Positions 18,360 through 29,600 of a stretch of DNA of 64,000 bases are shown one piece after another (the first letter of the stretch is position 1; each line of letters begins with the position of its first letter). The notes under the pieces were generated by a model. It did no database searches. It saw nothing but the letters and a program-made list of their open reading frames with translations, and was not told where the DNA came from. Made by a program: the position numbers and the translations under genes. Source of the DNA: a virus; IMG/VR virus record IMGVR_UViG_3300042922_000346, positions 650-64,649 of that record; one strand, written 5' to 3'.

Positions 18360-20216
18360 GTGGAAAGGATAGATATTTTAGATTTAGTTTATAATAGACT
18401 AGCTATTTTAAACGATAATTCAGATTTTTCAATAAAAGATGATATAGAAGAGAATTTAAAATTAAATGAAATAAATAAATTAAGTTTCTCTATACCTGTA
18501 GATTCTGAAAAGTTTAAATATTTAATTAATGAAAATTTAGTTTATTATAAAAACGAATTATATATAATAAAAACACCAAAACTAGAACATACTCAAAACG
18601 ATGTAAGAACATGTAATATTGAATGTTATCATTTGTCTAGTGGATTACAAAGTATGTTAATAGAACCAATTGTTTCAGAAGATGATACAAGAAATGGTAT
18701 AGCAAAAACAGCAACACAATTATTAACATTAATATTAGATGGTACTGGATGGTCTATTGGTGAAGTTGATGCATTGGATACGGTTAAACGTAGTTTACTC
18801 TGTGATGAACAATCAGTGTTTGATACATTATTACAGGTAGCTGAATTATTTGATTTAAACCTAATATTTTCAGCAAATCCATCTCAAAGGACAGTAAGTT
18901 TAAAAAAGGCTATAGATAGCGGATTTATAATAAGAAAAAATAAAAATTTAAAGAACTTATCTTTACAATATGATAGTAGTGAAATAGTAACTAAATTACA
19001 TGTTTTTGGTGGACAAGATTTAGATACAGGAAATACAATAAGTATTCATGAAGCGTATGAGAGAGATGCGGAAGGAAATATAATATATGAGAATGGTAAT
19101 CCAGTATTACATGAAACCTCTTATATTATAGATTATTCGTATTATTTATCTTTAGGATATACTTTAGATTATATTGAACAACACCCAGAACATTTTTTAA
19201 GAGAACAGACTTGGATAGCTTCTGAATATTTAGTAGCGGATGATTTATATGTTGATGCATTAAAGAAAATGAAAATATTAGCTAAACCAAAAGTTACAGC
19301 TACTATAGATGCTTATGATATGTCGGGAATATCAGAACACAAGACTCATGCTCCAATATTGAGTGAATTAGTTCATATTATAGATGATGATTTTAAACTT
19401 ATATTAGAAGCGAAAATTATAGGTATAAAAAGATATGCAAAAAATCCTAATTTAAAATTAGAAATTTCAAATGAAGTAGAATATGATAGTATGATAAAGA
19501 GATTAATATCTTCTTCTGAAAAATTTAAAAAGGTATTAAATCCTCAAGGTGGAATTAGGTTAGCAAATGATACAGTTAATGGAGGAATAGATACAAGTTA
19601 TATTAAGCTATCATCAACCTCTGGTAATTGGTATACCGACAATAATGGATTTTTAGTATTTGAGAATCCAAATAAAACACAAGCAATAAGAATGGGTAAT
19701 GGTAATATAGATATATCTAATTCAAAAACGCCAAGTGGAAATTATGTGTATACTTCTTTTGGTAATGGTGCTGGATTTAATGCAGATAATATTACAAAAG
19801 GTATTTTAAGTAGTAATAGTATAAAATGGGACTTAGTAAATAATACATTTATGATTACTAACCCTATAGACCCAAATGATTATTTATTAAAATTTGATGG
19901 TTCTCAATTATATATAAAAAACAATATATCCAGTGTTACATGGGAAGGTATACAAAATAAACCAAATTTTGCTACTGTTGCAATTACTGGGAATTATGAT
20001 GATTTAACTAATAAACCAAAAGATAAACATGTCCATATACAGACAACTCCCTCATTAGTATGGACAATAATTCACGATATGAATAAATTCCCTTCTGTCA
20101 CAATAGTTGATAGTGGAGGAAATGAAGTAACTGGGAAGAAAAGATATGTGGACGAAAATACAGTAGAATTAACTTTTTCACCATATGCCTTTTCTGGTAG
20201 AGCATATTTAAATTAA
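18360..20216 (+). CDS. Tal-like tail-tip protein (618 aa), GTG start
   Basis: N-terminus IDILDLVYNRLAILNDNSDFSIKDDIEENLKLNEINKLSFSIPV...YLINENLVYYKNELYIIK matches the N-terminal pattern of siphophage Tal/antireceptor proteins; RBS GAGGTGGG. Confidence 0.5.
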   Translation: MERIDILDLVYNRLAILNDNSDFSIKDDIEENLKLNEINKLSFSIPVDSEKFKYLINENLVYYKNELYIIKTPKLEHTQNDVRTCNIECYHLSSGLQSMLIEPIVSEDDTRNGIAKTATQLLTLILDGTGWSIGEVDALDTVKRSLLCDEQSVFDTLLQVAELFDLNLIFSANPSQRTVSLKKAIDSGFIIRKNKNLKNLSLQYDSSEIVTKLHVFGGQDLDTGNTISIHEAYERDAEGNIIYENGNPVLHETSYIIDYSYYLSLGYTLDYIEQHPEHFLREQTWIASEYLVADDLYVDALKKMKILAKPKVTATIDAYDMSGISEHKTHAPILSELVHIIDDDFKLILEAKIIGIKRYAKNPNLKLEISNEVEYDSMIKRLISSSEKFKKVLNPQGGIRLANDTVNGGIDTSYIKLSSTSGNWYTDNNGFLVFENPNKTQAIRMGNGNIDISNSKTPSGNYVYTSFGNGAGFNADNITKGILSSNSIKWDLVNNTFMITNPIDPNDYLLKFDGSQLYIKNNISSVTWEGIQNKPNFATVAITGNYDDLTNKPKDKHVHIQTTPSLVWTIIHDMNKFPSVTIVDSGGNEVTGKKRYVDENTVELTFSPYAFSGRAYLN

Positions 20217-20227
20217 GGTAAGGAAAG

Positions 20228-23200
20228 GTGAATATAATGTTACATTTTGATAGTTTAGATTTAGTGCAAAATGAATTACTTAATGCTAGAATACAGAATC
20301 TAGCAACTGCTCCTGTCAACCCAGTAGAAGGTCAAATTTATTATAACACAGCACAAAAAGCATTCATGGGATGGAATGGAACTTCATGGATAAATATAAG
20401 TTTAATATTTACTAATAAAGCAATATTGGATGCTATTACAGCTTCATATACAACCGAAGAACAAACAAAATTATCTGGTATTAGTACTGGAGCAAATAAA
20501 GTTGAACAAAGTGGCACGAATGGAAATATAAAAATAGACGGAGTTGAAAAAACAGTTTATACTCTTCCTGCAACTCTTCCTGCTACTATAATATCACAAG
20601 ATAGTTCCCATAGAATGGTGACAGATACCAATATTTCAACATGGAATGCAAAAGCATCAACCACTTTAGCTACTACTTCCGTTAATGGATTAATGTCAAC
20701 GACTTACGCTTCAAAATTAGAAGGTATTTCTGCAAATGCTAATAAAGTAGAACAAAGTTCAACTAATGGAAATATTAAAATAGATGGAGTAGAAAAGGTA
20801 GTATATACACATCCTACAGGTACAAATCCTCATGGGACTACAAAGAGTGATGTAGGATTAGGTAACGTTGAAAATAAAACATCTGCAACAATAAGAAGTG
20901 AAATAACTAGTGCAAATGTTACAACTGCATTGGGATTTACACCTGTAAAAAACGGAGGTAATGTTCCAGAATTTAGATATGGAACAGAAGCAAGTAGACC
21001 ATCTGCTACTGGGAGTAATTTAGTTTATTTTTCAGATGAAGGTAAAATATATAAAGATATAGCTGTTGGAACATGGAAACAAATGGGTGGACAAGATTTA
21101 TCTCCAGCTACAACAACTGAATTAGGATTAATTAAAGTTGGAGCAAATTTATCTATAGGTACAGATGGCACATTAAATGCGAATGATAACCCTGCAAGTT
21201 TTATAAGAAAACAGGAAAGATTTATAGGTGGAGTTGGACAAACAGTATTTAATTTGACAAAGGGTGTTTATCAACCAAATACTGGAGCAATGACATGGTA
21301 TTTAAATGGTAGTAAACAAGATGATTCTGCTTTAGATGAAATATCCTCAACTAGTGTTGGTTTGCCATCTGGACTTCCAGACGGAATGGAAATAATGTTT
21401 GAATATTATCAAGTTACAAATTGGAATCCATTTCCATATCATGCAAGTGAACATTTGACAGATGGAGATGACCCAATTCCAAAGGCAACTAGTGTGGCTG
21501 ATGGATTAATGCCAAAAGAAGCTGTAACAAAACTTAGTGGAATTGCTGATAATGCTAATAATTATATTCATCCTACAGGGGATGGTAATTTACATGTTCC
21601 TGCAAATGGAACTACTAATAATGGTAAAGTTCTTAAAGCAGGGAGTACGGCAGGCAATATTGCTTGGGGAACTTTAACAGCTAGTGATGTTGGAGCGATT
21701 GATACATCTGATGTAGTAACAACCGCAACTGCAAACAAAATATTAAGATTAAATGCTTCATCTCAACTTCCTGCATCAATAACAGGCAATGCAGTAACAG
21801 CTACCACTTTAGCTACATCTAGAACAATTGGTGCTTCTGGAGATATAACAGCGACAGGAGTAGCTTTTAATGGTGGTACGAATATTACACTAGTAACTAC
21901 TCTTTCTAATACTGGAGTAACAGCAGGAACTTATCCGAAGGTTACAGTAGATGCTAAAGGTAGGGTAACTGGAGGAACTAGTTTATCTGCTAGTGATATA
22001 CCAGTATTAACAGCATCTAAAATAAGTGATTTTGATTCAACTGTTGTAGCACATTCTATAAGTGATTTTGCTTTACCAACAACTGATTTTAATGTAAACA
22101 ATCATAAAATAACTAATCTTGCTACTCCTACAAGTGGCTCAGATGCGGTAACAAAAGACTATGCAGATGCATTAAGGTCTGGATTAAGTTTAAAAGACCC
22201 AGTTAAAGCTACAACTACAGCAAATATAACCTTGAGTGGTACTCAAACCATTGATGGAATTGCACTTGTAGTAGGAGATAGAGTACTTGTAAAAAACCAA
22301 ACAACAGCATCTCAAAATGGTATATATATTGTAGCTAGTAGTACATGGACAAGAGCGACCGATGCAGACAATACGCCAAGCAATGAAATACGAGAAGGTA
22401 TGACTTGTTGGGTAAATCAAGGTACGACATATGGTAATACAAGATGGGTAATGACTACAGCAGACCCAATTACACTTGGAACAAGTTCTTTGGTTTTCAC
22501 AAAAGATTTCCAAGCTAGTGATATAGTTGCAGGAACAGGATTGACTAAAAGTGGAAGTACTTTATCAATTACAAATGTTGGAACAGCAGGAACTTATACA
22601 AAGGTAACTACTAATGCACAAGGACAAATAACTAGTGGTACGACATTAGATGCTACAGATATTCCAGATTTAGATTGGAGCAAAATTACAACAGGTAAAC
22701 CTACTACATTATCTTTATATGGAATTACAGATGCCGTTAATACATCTGACGTAGTTACTACTGCTACGGCTAATAAGATATTAAAATTAAACGCAAGTTC
22801 TCAATTGCCAGCTTCTATAACAGGCAATGCGAATACAGCAACAACATTAGCAACTGCAAGGACTATAACTATGAGTGGAGATGCTACATCCTCTGCTATA
22901 TCATTTAATGGTGGTGCAAATATATCTATTCCGTTGACATTGTCTGCTTCTGGAGTTACAGCAGGGAATTATTCTAAAGTAACTGTAGATAGTAAAGGTA
23001 GAGTTACAGCAGGATTAAGTATGGCTAGTTCAGATATTACAACGGCATTAGGATTCACTCCAGCCAAAAAAGTTACATTCAATGTTGGAAATGGTACAAA
23101 TAATGAAATAACTGTAACACATGGATTAGGAACAATGGATTTTACTGTATCAGTAAGAGCAAATGCAACACCATACGAATTTGTTACTGTTGGAATATTG

Positions 23201-23284
23201 CCAATAGATAGTAATAGTGTAAAGTTAAGATTTGGTTCTTATATTCCAGCAATTAATGAATTTAAGGCGGTTATTACAGGTTAA
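20228..23284 (+). CDS. long tail fibre (1018 aa) with internal duplicated modules
   Basis: Two ~24-aa ANKVEQS.TNGNIKIDGVEK.VYT repeats near N-terminus and two ~100-aa SDVVTTATANKIL.LNASSQLPASITGNA.TATTLAT...VTAG.Y.KVTVD.KGRVT repeats. Confidence 0.6.
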   Translation: MNIMLHFDSLDLVQNELLNARIQNLATAPVNPVEGQIYYNTAQKAFMGWNGTSWINISLIFTNKAILDAITASYTTEEQTKLSGISTGANKVEQSGTNGNIKIDGVEKTVYTLPATLPATIISQDSSHRMVTDTNISTWNAKASTTLATTSVNGLMSTTYASKLEGISANANKVEQSSTNGNIKIDGVEKVVYTHPTGTNPHGTTKSDVGLGNVENKTSATIRSEITSANVTTALGFTPVKNGGNVPEFRYGTEASRPSATGSNLVYFSDEGKIYKDIAVGTWKQMGGQDLSPATTTELGLIKVGANLSIGTDGTLNANDNPASFIRKQERFIGGVGQTVFNLTKGVYQPNTGAMTWYLNGSKQDDSALDEISSTSVGLPSGLPDGMEIMFEYYQVTNWNPFPYHASEHLTDGDDPIPKATSVADGLMPKEAVTKLSGIADNANNYIHPTGDGNLHVPANGTTNNGKVLKAGSTAGNIAWGTLTASDVGAIDTSDVVTTATANKILRLNASSQLPASITGNAVTATTLATSRTIGASGDITATGVAFNGGTNITLVTTLSNTGVTAGTYPKVTVDAKGRVTGGTSLSASDIPVLTASKISDFDSTVVAHSISDFALPTTDFNVNNHKITNLATPTSGSDAVTKDYADALRSGLSLKDPVKATTTANITLSGTQTIDGIALVVGDRVLVKNQTTASQNGIYIVASSTWTRATDADNTPSNEIREGMTCWVNQGTTYGNTRWVMTTADPITLGTSSLVFTKDFQASDIVAGTGLTKSGSTLSITNVGTAGTYTKVTTNAQGQITSGTTLDATDIPDLDWSKITTGKPTTLSLYGITDAVNTSDVVTTATANKILKLNASSQLPASITGNANTATTLATARTITMSGDATSSAISFNGGANISIPLTLSASGVTAGNYSKVTVDSKGRVTAGLSMASSDITTALGFTPAKKVTFNVGNGTNNEITVTHGLGTMDFTVSVRANATPYEFVTVGILPIDSNSVKLRFGSYIPAINEFKAVITG
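21701..22007 (+). repeat. first copy of ~300-bp intragenic tail-fibre repeat (second copy 22741-23040)
   Basis: Protein-level duplication ~80 % identical read from translation. Confidence 0.5.
22741..23040 (+). repeat. second copy of ~300-bp intragenic tail-fibre repeat
   Basis: See 21701-22007. Confidence 0.5.
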
Positions 23285-23311
23285 ATTAAGAGATAGGTTG
23301 GAGGGAAACTA

Positions 23312-24517
23312 ATGAAGATATTTGATTTTGAATTTAAATTTAATGGATTTGATATATGGCATAAAGGAAATCAAGGAGCAGGAAGTGGACTAGATGCAGA
23401 CACTCTTGACACTAAACAAGCTTCTGATTTCCAACAATTAACAAATGGTGGAGCATATGGTATATTCCCTTCTACTGCTAGTACAATGGTTGGAAATGAA
23501 TATAATTTATTACTAAATGCTCATACAAGAAGTGGACTAACTATTACTCAAAGCGGAACAGGACTATTAAGTTCACCTAATACATTATTTGATGGAACAG
23601 TAGTCGCTACTTATTCTACTGATGGTATAAATCCAACAAACCCATATGTATTACTTATAACAGGTTTACCAAATACTCATACTCAAACAGGTGGTGTTTT
23701 AGGTTGGAGTTCAAGATATTGGTATCCAAGTAAATATAAAATTGAAGTATATGATTCTTATAATAGTATAGGGTGGAAAACAATTGTTGACCAATCTGTT
23801 ATAGATAAACCAACGAAAGATTTATTGATACCAATTTATCCAACTTATTCTGGTAGCTTTACGCAAATAAAAATTACAATATATGAATCAACGGTTGGAG
23901 CGCAAGGAGCAAACGGATATAATAAATGGGGTTTAAGTGAGTTATTTTTTTGTCACCCCGAAGCTATGAGAGTTCATCAATATTTACATGTTGATAGCGC
24001 AGATAGATTAGAAACTCCAAGGAATATAAATGGAGTTCCCTTTGATGGACAGTCAGATATAACAATAACAGCAAACCCAAATACTCACACGCATACTATT
24101 GCAAATGTAACAAGTTTACAAACAGCTTTAGATAGTAAAGCACCATCTGGATTTGGATTAGGTACAGTTGCAACTACTGCTACTGTAGATTGGAATAATT
24201 ATGTTACTACAGGATTTTTCATGGGGACAGGATTATTAAATGAATGTGAAGGTGGTTCATGGAGATTTTGTATGGTAATAAGACACAATGATTCATATGT
24301 ATCTCAAACGATGTGGGACTTTAATGGTACAAGAATGTGTCAAAGGAATAAAGTTAATGGAACATGGACAACTTGGAGAAGATTAGATGTTACAAAACTA
24401 AGTGAGTTAGAAAATGATATTGGAGCAGGAGGTACGGGTGGATATCCAAAAATAACTACGAGTAGTACTGCTCCATCATCTCCAGCAATAGCTGATATTT
24501 GGTGGAAATTATTATAA
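23312..24517 (+). CDS. tail fibre / receptor-binding protein (401 aa)
   Basis: RBS GGAGGGAAAC; last structural gene before lysin. Confidence 0.5.
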   Translation: MKIFDFEFKFNGFDIWHKGNQGAGSGLDADTLDTKQASDFQQLTNGGAYGIFPSTASTMVGNEYNLLLNAHTRSGLTITQSGTGLLSSPNTLFDGTVVATYSTDGINPTNPYVLLITGLPNTHTQTGGVLGWSSRYWYPSKYKIEVYDSYNSIGWKTIVDQSVIDKPTKDLLIPIYPTYSGSFTQIKITIYESTVGAQGANGYNKWGLSELFFCHPEAMRVHQYLHVDSADRLETPRNINGVPFDGQSDITITANPNTHTHTIANVTSLQTALDSKAPSGFGLGTVATTATVDWNNYVTTGFFMGTGLLNECEGGSWRFCMVIRHNDSYVSQTMWDFNGTRMCQRNKVNGTWTTWRRLDVTKLSELENDIGAGGTGGYPKITTSSTAPSSPAIADIWWKLL

Positions 24518-24531
24518 AGGAGAAAGGTATT

Positions 24532-25518
24532 ATGGAAGATATGAATAAATTTAAATTAGGTGCAATACCTTCTGGAAAAGACGAAAGAGATTTTAATATA
24601 TCTAAATTAGTGGCTACAGTAAACGTATTTCCAAGTGAATTTTGTTTAGATTTAGATGGAATAGAAATACAAGACCAAGGAGAGGTAGGGTGTTGTGTTG
24701 GAGAGTCTTTAGCATATACAAGATTTTTAACAGAGAAGAAACAAACAGCAAAAACAGATTTATTTAGTGTAGGATTTATATATGGTACAAGAGAAGAAAC
24801 AGATTATCAAGAAGATGGAATGCGACCAAGAGAAGCATTAAAAAATCTTCAAAAATATGGTACTGTACTTCATAAAGATTTCCCTTATTTAGAAGAAGTT
24901 CCAAATATAATTAATAGAGTAAGACAACAAAATAATGTATTATTACCAAAAGCAGAACCTTTTAGAATTAGTGCTTATGCAAAATTAGATAATGAATTTT
25001 CAATAAAAAATGCGTTAATGCAAATTGGAGCAGTAACAACAATGATTGCTGTAGATTGGGCATTTATGTGTACAGGTAGTGACGGATTAGTTCCTACTAA
25101 TTTAGTATTTAATCCATATATGGGATTCCATCAAATTACTATAGTAGGATGGAGAGAAGATGGAAAATGGATATGTTTAAATAGTTGGGGAAAAGGATGG
25201 GGAGATAATGGTATAGTGTATTTAGATAAGAGTAAAACATTAGAATCATGGTCATTAACAGATACTATTGTTCCACAACCAGACCCAGAACCAATCACTA
25301 AATGGTATAGAGTACAAGTAGGTGCTTATCATAATTTAGAATATTGTTTAGCTTTTCAGCAAGAATTAAAAGACAAAGGTTTAGAAACTTATTTAGTTAA
25401 GATAGATGAATGGTATAAAGTACAATTAGGAGCATATCAAAACAAAGATTATTGCTATGCGTTTTTAGCTAAAGTACACGAAATGGGATACACTGATGCA
25501 TTTGTAGTATATTATTAA
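24532..25518 (+). CDS. lysin: papain-like (C1-type) cysteine peptidase domain fused to tandem SPOR repeats (ORF track begins at 24499; ATG at 24532 preferred)
   Basis: QGEVGCCVGES (Cys), GFHQITIVGW (His), LNSWGKGWGDNGIVYL (Asn/Trp) in papain order; PQPDPEP linker; C-terminal WYRVQVGAYHNLEYCLAFQQEL...WYKVQLGAYQNKDYCYAF is a duplicated SPOR-like motif; RBS AAAGGAGAAAGG before 24532. Confidence 0.6.
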   Translation: MEDMNKFKLGAIPSGKDERDFNISKLVATVNVFPSEFCLDLDGIEIQDQGEVGCCVGESLAYTRFLTEKKQTAKTDLFSVGFIYGTREETDYQEDGMRPREALKNLQKYGTVLHKDFPYLEEVPNIINRVRQQNNVLLPKAEPFRISAYAKLDNEFSIKNALMQIGAVTTMIAVDWAFMCTGSDGLVPTNLVFNPYMGFHQITIVGWREDGKWICLNSWGKGWGDNGIVYLDKSKTLESWSLTDTIVPQPDPEPITKWYRVQVGAYHNLEYCLAFQQELKDKGLETYLVKIDEWYKVQLGAYQNKDYCYAFLAKVHEMGYTDAFVVYY

Positions 25519-25601
25519 TCTTTATAAAACTAAGGTTTTAATAACATTTTATAAAACAAACAAGGTAGATAATTGGAGTAAATAAGAGATATACGGAGCA
25601 T

Positions 25602-25646
25602 GAGAGAGGTCACTTTATTAAATTAAAGTGTACTCTCTCTTTTTAT
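25602..25646 (+). terminator. rho-independent terminator after lysin gene
   Basis: GAGAGAG..CACTTTA-ttaaat-TAAAGTG..CTCTCTC two-part stem followed by TTTTT. Confidence 0.6.
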
Positions 25647-25655
25647 GTTGAAAGG

Positions 25656-26615
25656 ATGGTTAAAATGCCAGAAAGAAGTAAAAGAATTGAAACTTATGAT
25701 AAAAATAAGCTTTCTTTAATAAATGCACAAACATTACAAGATTATAGAAGATATAAGATAGATATGGAGATTAGAGAATTATCCCCAAAAACAGTTTATA
25801 ATTATGAATTAGATTTGTTCCAATGGTTTACTTATATTTATGAGAATCAAGGTAATATTTGTGTTAGAGAAATAATTGAAGATGATATTGTTGAGTTCTT
25901 ACATTTTTGTAAAACACAAGGTAATAATAGTAGAAGAATGAAAAGAAGAATGTCCTCTATTAGTGCTTTTTATAAATTCTTGAGAAAGAAAAAACTAGTT
26001 AAAGAAAATCCTATGGAAATGATTGATAGACCAAGAAAAGATACAGATATAGTTGAGCAAACTTACCTATCTCAAGAACAAGTAGCTTTAATGAGAGATA
26101 AATTAATTGAAAATAAAGATACTCAATTAGAACTTTACGCAAATTTATCCTTAAGTACTATGGCAAGAGTAAATGCAATTTCAAATATAAGATGGGAACA
26201 AATTGACTTTGATAAACGTAAAATTGATAAGGTATTAGAAAAAGAACAAAGATACGTTACTTTAAGATTTAATGAAAAATGTAAAGATTTATTTTTACAA
26301 TTAAGAGAAGAAAGAAGGAAAAACAATATTATAACTGAATATGTATTTAGTAGCTTTTATGGTGGACAATATAATAAAGTTAGTAATGTTACGTTAAATG
26401 ATTGGTGTAAAAAGATTGGAGAAATGATTGGAGTAGAATCTTTACATCCTCATGATTTCCGTCATACTTCTGCTACTTTATTAAAAAATTCTGGTATGCC
26501 TTTAGAAAGTATTAGTAAATTATTAAATCATATGGGTACGGATGTAACTTTAAAATTTTATATAAAAGAAGATGAAGAAAAGATACAACAAGAAAAAGAT
26601 AAATATGATTTTTAA
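25656..26615 (+). CDS. int: tyrosine site-specific recombinase (phage integrase / Xer-like)
   Basis: N-terminal SAM-like core-binding region; catalytic box HPHDFRHTSATLL (HxxR) and C-terminal LKFY tyrosine region; RBS AAAGGATGG. Confidence 0.8.
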   Translation: MVKMPERSKRIETYDKNKLSLINAQTLQDYRRYKIDMEIRELSPKTVYNYELDLFQWFTYIYENQGNICVREIIEDDIVEFLHFCKTQGNNSRRMKRRMSSISAFYKFLRKKKLVKENPMEMIDRPRKDTDIVEQTYLSQEQVALMRDKLIENKDTQLELYANLSLSTMARVNAISNIRWEQIDFDKRKIDKVLEKEQRYVTLRFNEKCKDLFLQLREERRKNNIITEYVFSSFYGGQYNKVSNVTLNDWCKKIGEMIGVESLHPHDFRHTSATLLKNSGMPLESISKLLNHMGTDVTLKFYIKEDEEKIQQEKDKYDF

Positions 26616-26648
26616 AAAGAGAGGAATTTCCTCTCTTTTATTTTAATA
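26611..26648. terminator. bidirectional intrinsic terminator shared by convergent integrase and polymerase genes
   Basis: AAAAAGAGAGGA-att-TCCTCTCTTTT 11-bp stem flanked by A-run on one side and T-run on the other; both stop codons lie in or at the stem. Confidence 0.75.
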
Positions 26649-29600
26649 TATTATATGATTTAAGAACTTTTTCAAATTGGTCTGTTACTATCCACCTTCC
26701 ATTTGTAAATCTTCTTTTAGCTTCTTCTTTTATATCTGTTAATCTTAACATATCTAATTTTTCAAATGGAAACTTTTCAAACACTTGTTTCTTTAATTTT
26801 ATTTTAGCTATTTTACCATCTTGCAGTTTATATAATTGTAATATCGGATGTGTGTAAGTTGTATCTATATTTACAACCATTACAATAGATGGGTCAGCAT
26901 TTGGGATAGTTATTTTAGAGTATCCTAGATATTCTAAATCTATTTTTAACTTAATATCTAATGGATAATCTTCATTAGGTAAATCTTTTTCAAATTGTTT
27001 TAATAATGGTATTCTCTTTTGTTTTGTTTTATCTGTGTGCTTTTTATCATATTTATTTTTACCTTTCATAACTTCTAAATATATTGCCATAAGTTTTTTA
27101 GGTAATCCAAATTCTTTAAAATAATCTATATTAATTAATATTTTCATTTCTTTTGAGTTCGCAACTTTATTATCTTCAATATCAATCAATAAATCTACAA
27201 AAGTATCATATTGTTTATCTTTTAATTCGTATAATTTATCTGAGGTGGTTTTACCAATATATTTTATAGATGCTAAAGATGGATTAATCATATTTTTCTC
27301 TTTGTTAGCAACAAATCCACGATTATCATATCTAAAAGTATATTCTCCTAAATTAATATTGAAACCCTTATCCATTTCACTAATTAACGCACTAACCTTA
27401 TCTTTGTTGCCTTTTTCAGAATAATGATTCAATACAACCTCATAAAACTCATATGGATAATTAGCTTTTAAATATGCTCCATCTAAACTATCACAAGATA
27501 CACAATATGCGTGGCTGGCATTAAATCCATAGGCAACTGAGTTTTCTATAATTGTCCATACCTGTAAACATTTTTCTTCAATTGCTTCTTGGGTTAATAA
27601 TGGTTCTTCTTGTCTTATTTTATCTCCAAATCCTTTAATGAAGGTATCTTTTAATGGTAATATAATTTCTGGTTTCTTTTTACTGATAGCTTTCATTATA
27701 GTATAAGTTTCTGATGCAGGAAATCCTGCATAACTTAAAGTAGCCATTATTTGTTCTTGATATAATACGAAACTATAAGGTAACTCTTCTGTTTGTAAAA
27801 GCTTATCAAATGCTTTGATTTCATATGAGAAGTCTTCTCTTTTTTCAAATATACCATACATAGATTTAAATGACGGTCTTATTCCTGCGATAAAGGCACA
27901 TAATTCAGAAATGTTTTGTGCTTTATATCTTTGCATTTTTTCTCTTGTTTTTTCTTGTTCTGTTTGATTAATACATAATGTAAATCCTTTACTATATATA
28001 TCCCATATTTTATTATCTTTATTGGAAATCTCTATAAGTTCAGTAACGTCAAGAGATGGCATAGAAATTCTTTTATATACTTTATCATTAATTAAAACAA
28101 CATCAACCTTTAGTATATCGTTCTTTAGAAACTTATATTTTTCTGCAATTCTTCCATCTATAACAGTAGTTATAACTTCCTTATCATTCGATTCTGTCTT
28201 ACATTTAATTAATCCTATTTCAGCTTTTATATCTCCAGAATATAATAAATGTCCGCAAGGGTGTGCTTTTTTATCCGATATAATACCTTCATATTTTTTA
28301 CTGGATTCAATAAGTGGCATATATTCTTCATCAACATAATCTTCAAGTACAATCAAGTCTTTATCATCATCTTCTGCATTTGCTAAAGCTGTTTCATATT
28401 TTTCTAATTGTTGAGATACCGCATTAGCTATATTATAATCTAAATTTTGAGATTTAGCATATAATTTAAACGCAGATTTCTTTTTAAATGTCCCAAATGC
28501 AATCATAGGATAAGAATGTCCTTCTCCTAATAATGCTGTTTGGGCATCTATAAATGGTTGTTGTTCTCCTACGTTTAAATCTAAATCTGGTAATGATTTT
28601 GTGTCTAATATTCTAGTGGTACTCATAAATCTTTCTGGATACATGTGAACTTTAGCAGATATTCTATCTACTTTTGTGAACCCAAGAAGCTTATTTATAT
28701 AGAAGCTGACACCGCTACCACGACCACTCTTTGTAATAATACCTCCACGATTTTCTACTGCATCTTTAACCATATAATAATCAATTAAAAAATAATCAGC
28801 CATACCAGTATCTACAACACATTTAACTTCATTTGCTATTTCATGTTGATATTTAGGATGTAACATGGTAGGTACAGTAGATTTAATATTATCCCATTGT
28901 TCTTTTATTAATTTAATAAATAAAATATCCTTTTCGGTTTGAGTGAGATTAGGATATAATGTAGGTAATTTTATATCTTTATTAAATGTAATATCTTCAA
29001 ATGTTAATAATATATTTGTATTATCCATTGCTCTAAAAATTTCTTCATCTGATAGAATACCTTGTTTTTTAAATCTATTAAATGCTTCTTTACCTGTTGG
29101 ATAATCCATATACCAACCATCTTCTGATTCATACCTAATACCTTTTGCTTCAAGAATATTATCTCTTTCAACAGTATCTTCTTGAGATATGAAATGACTA
29201 TCACATCCCATTATAATGTCTATTCCATAATTTTTGCTTATACTTAATATTTTAGTATTAATATCTTTTTGACTTTGAGTGTTATGATATTGTACTTCAA
29301 GCATAAAGTTTTTACCAAAATGATTTTGTAATTTTTGAATAATTTCTAATGTGTCAGCGTAGTCATATTGCCAAAAGGCTATACAGGCGGTAGTAATAAA
29401 TACATCATCTTTTGGTAAATTCAATAATAACTCAAGGTCAAGTCTTGGTTTATGATAATATCCTGTTATATTTGCTTCTGATAAAGCTAAGTTTATTGCC
29501 TTTCTTCCATTTTCATTTTTGGCTATAAGTACAATATGATTGTTAGTGTTATCCTTTTCAAATCTATCTTTTACCCAATAAGCTTCTGTAGCAAATATAA

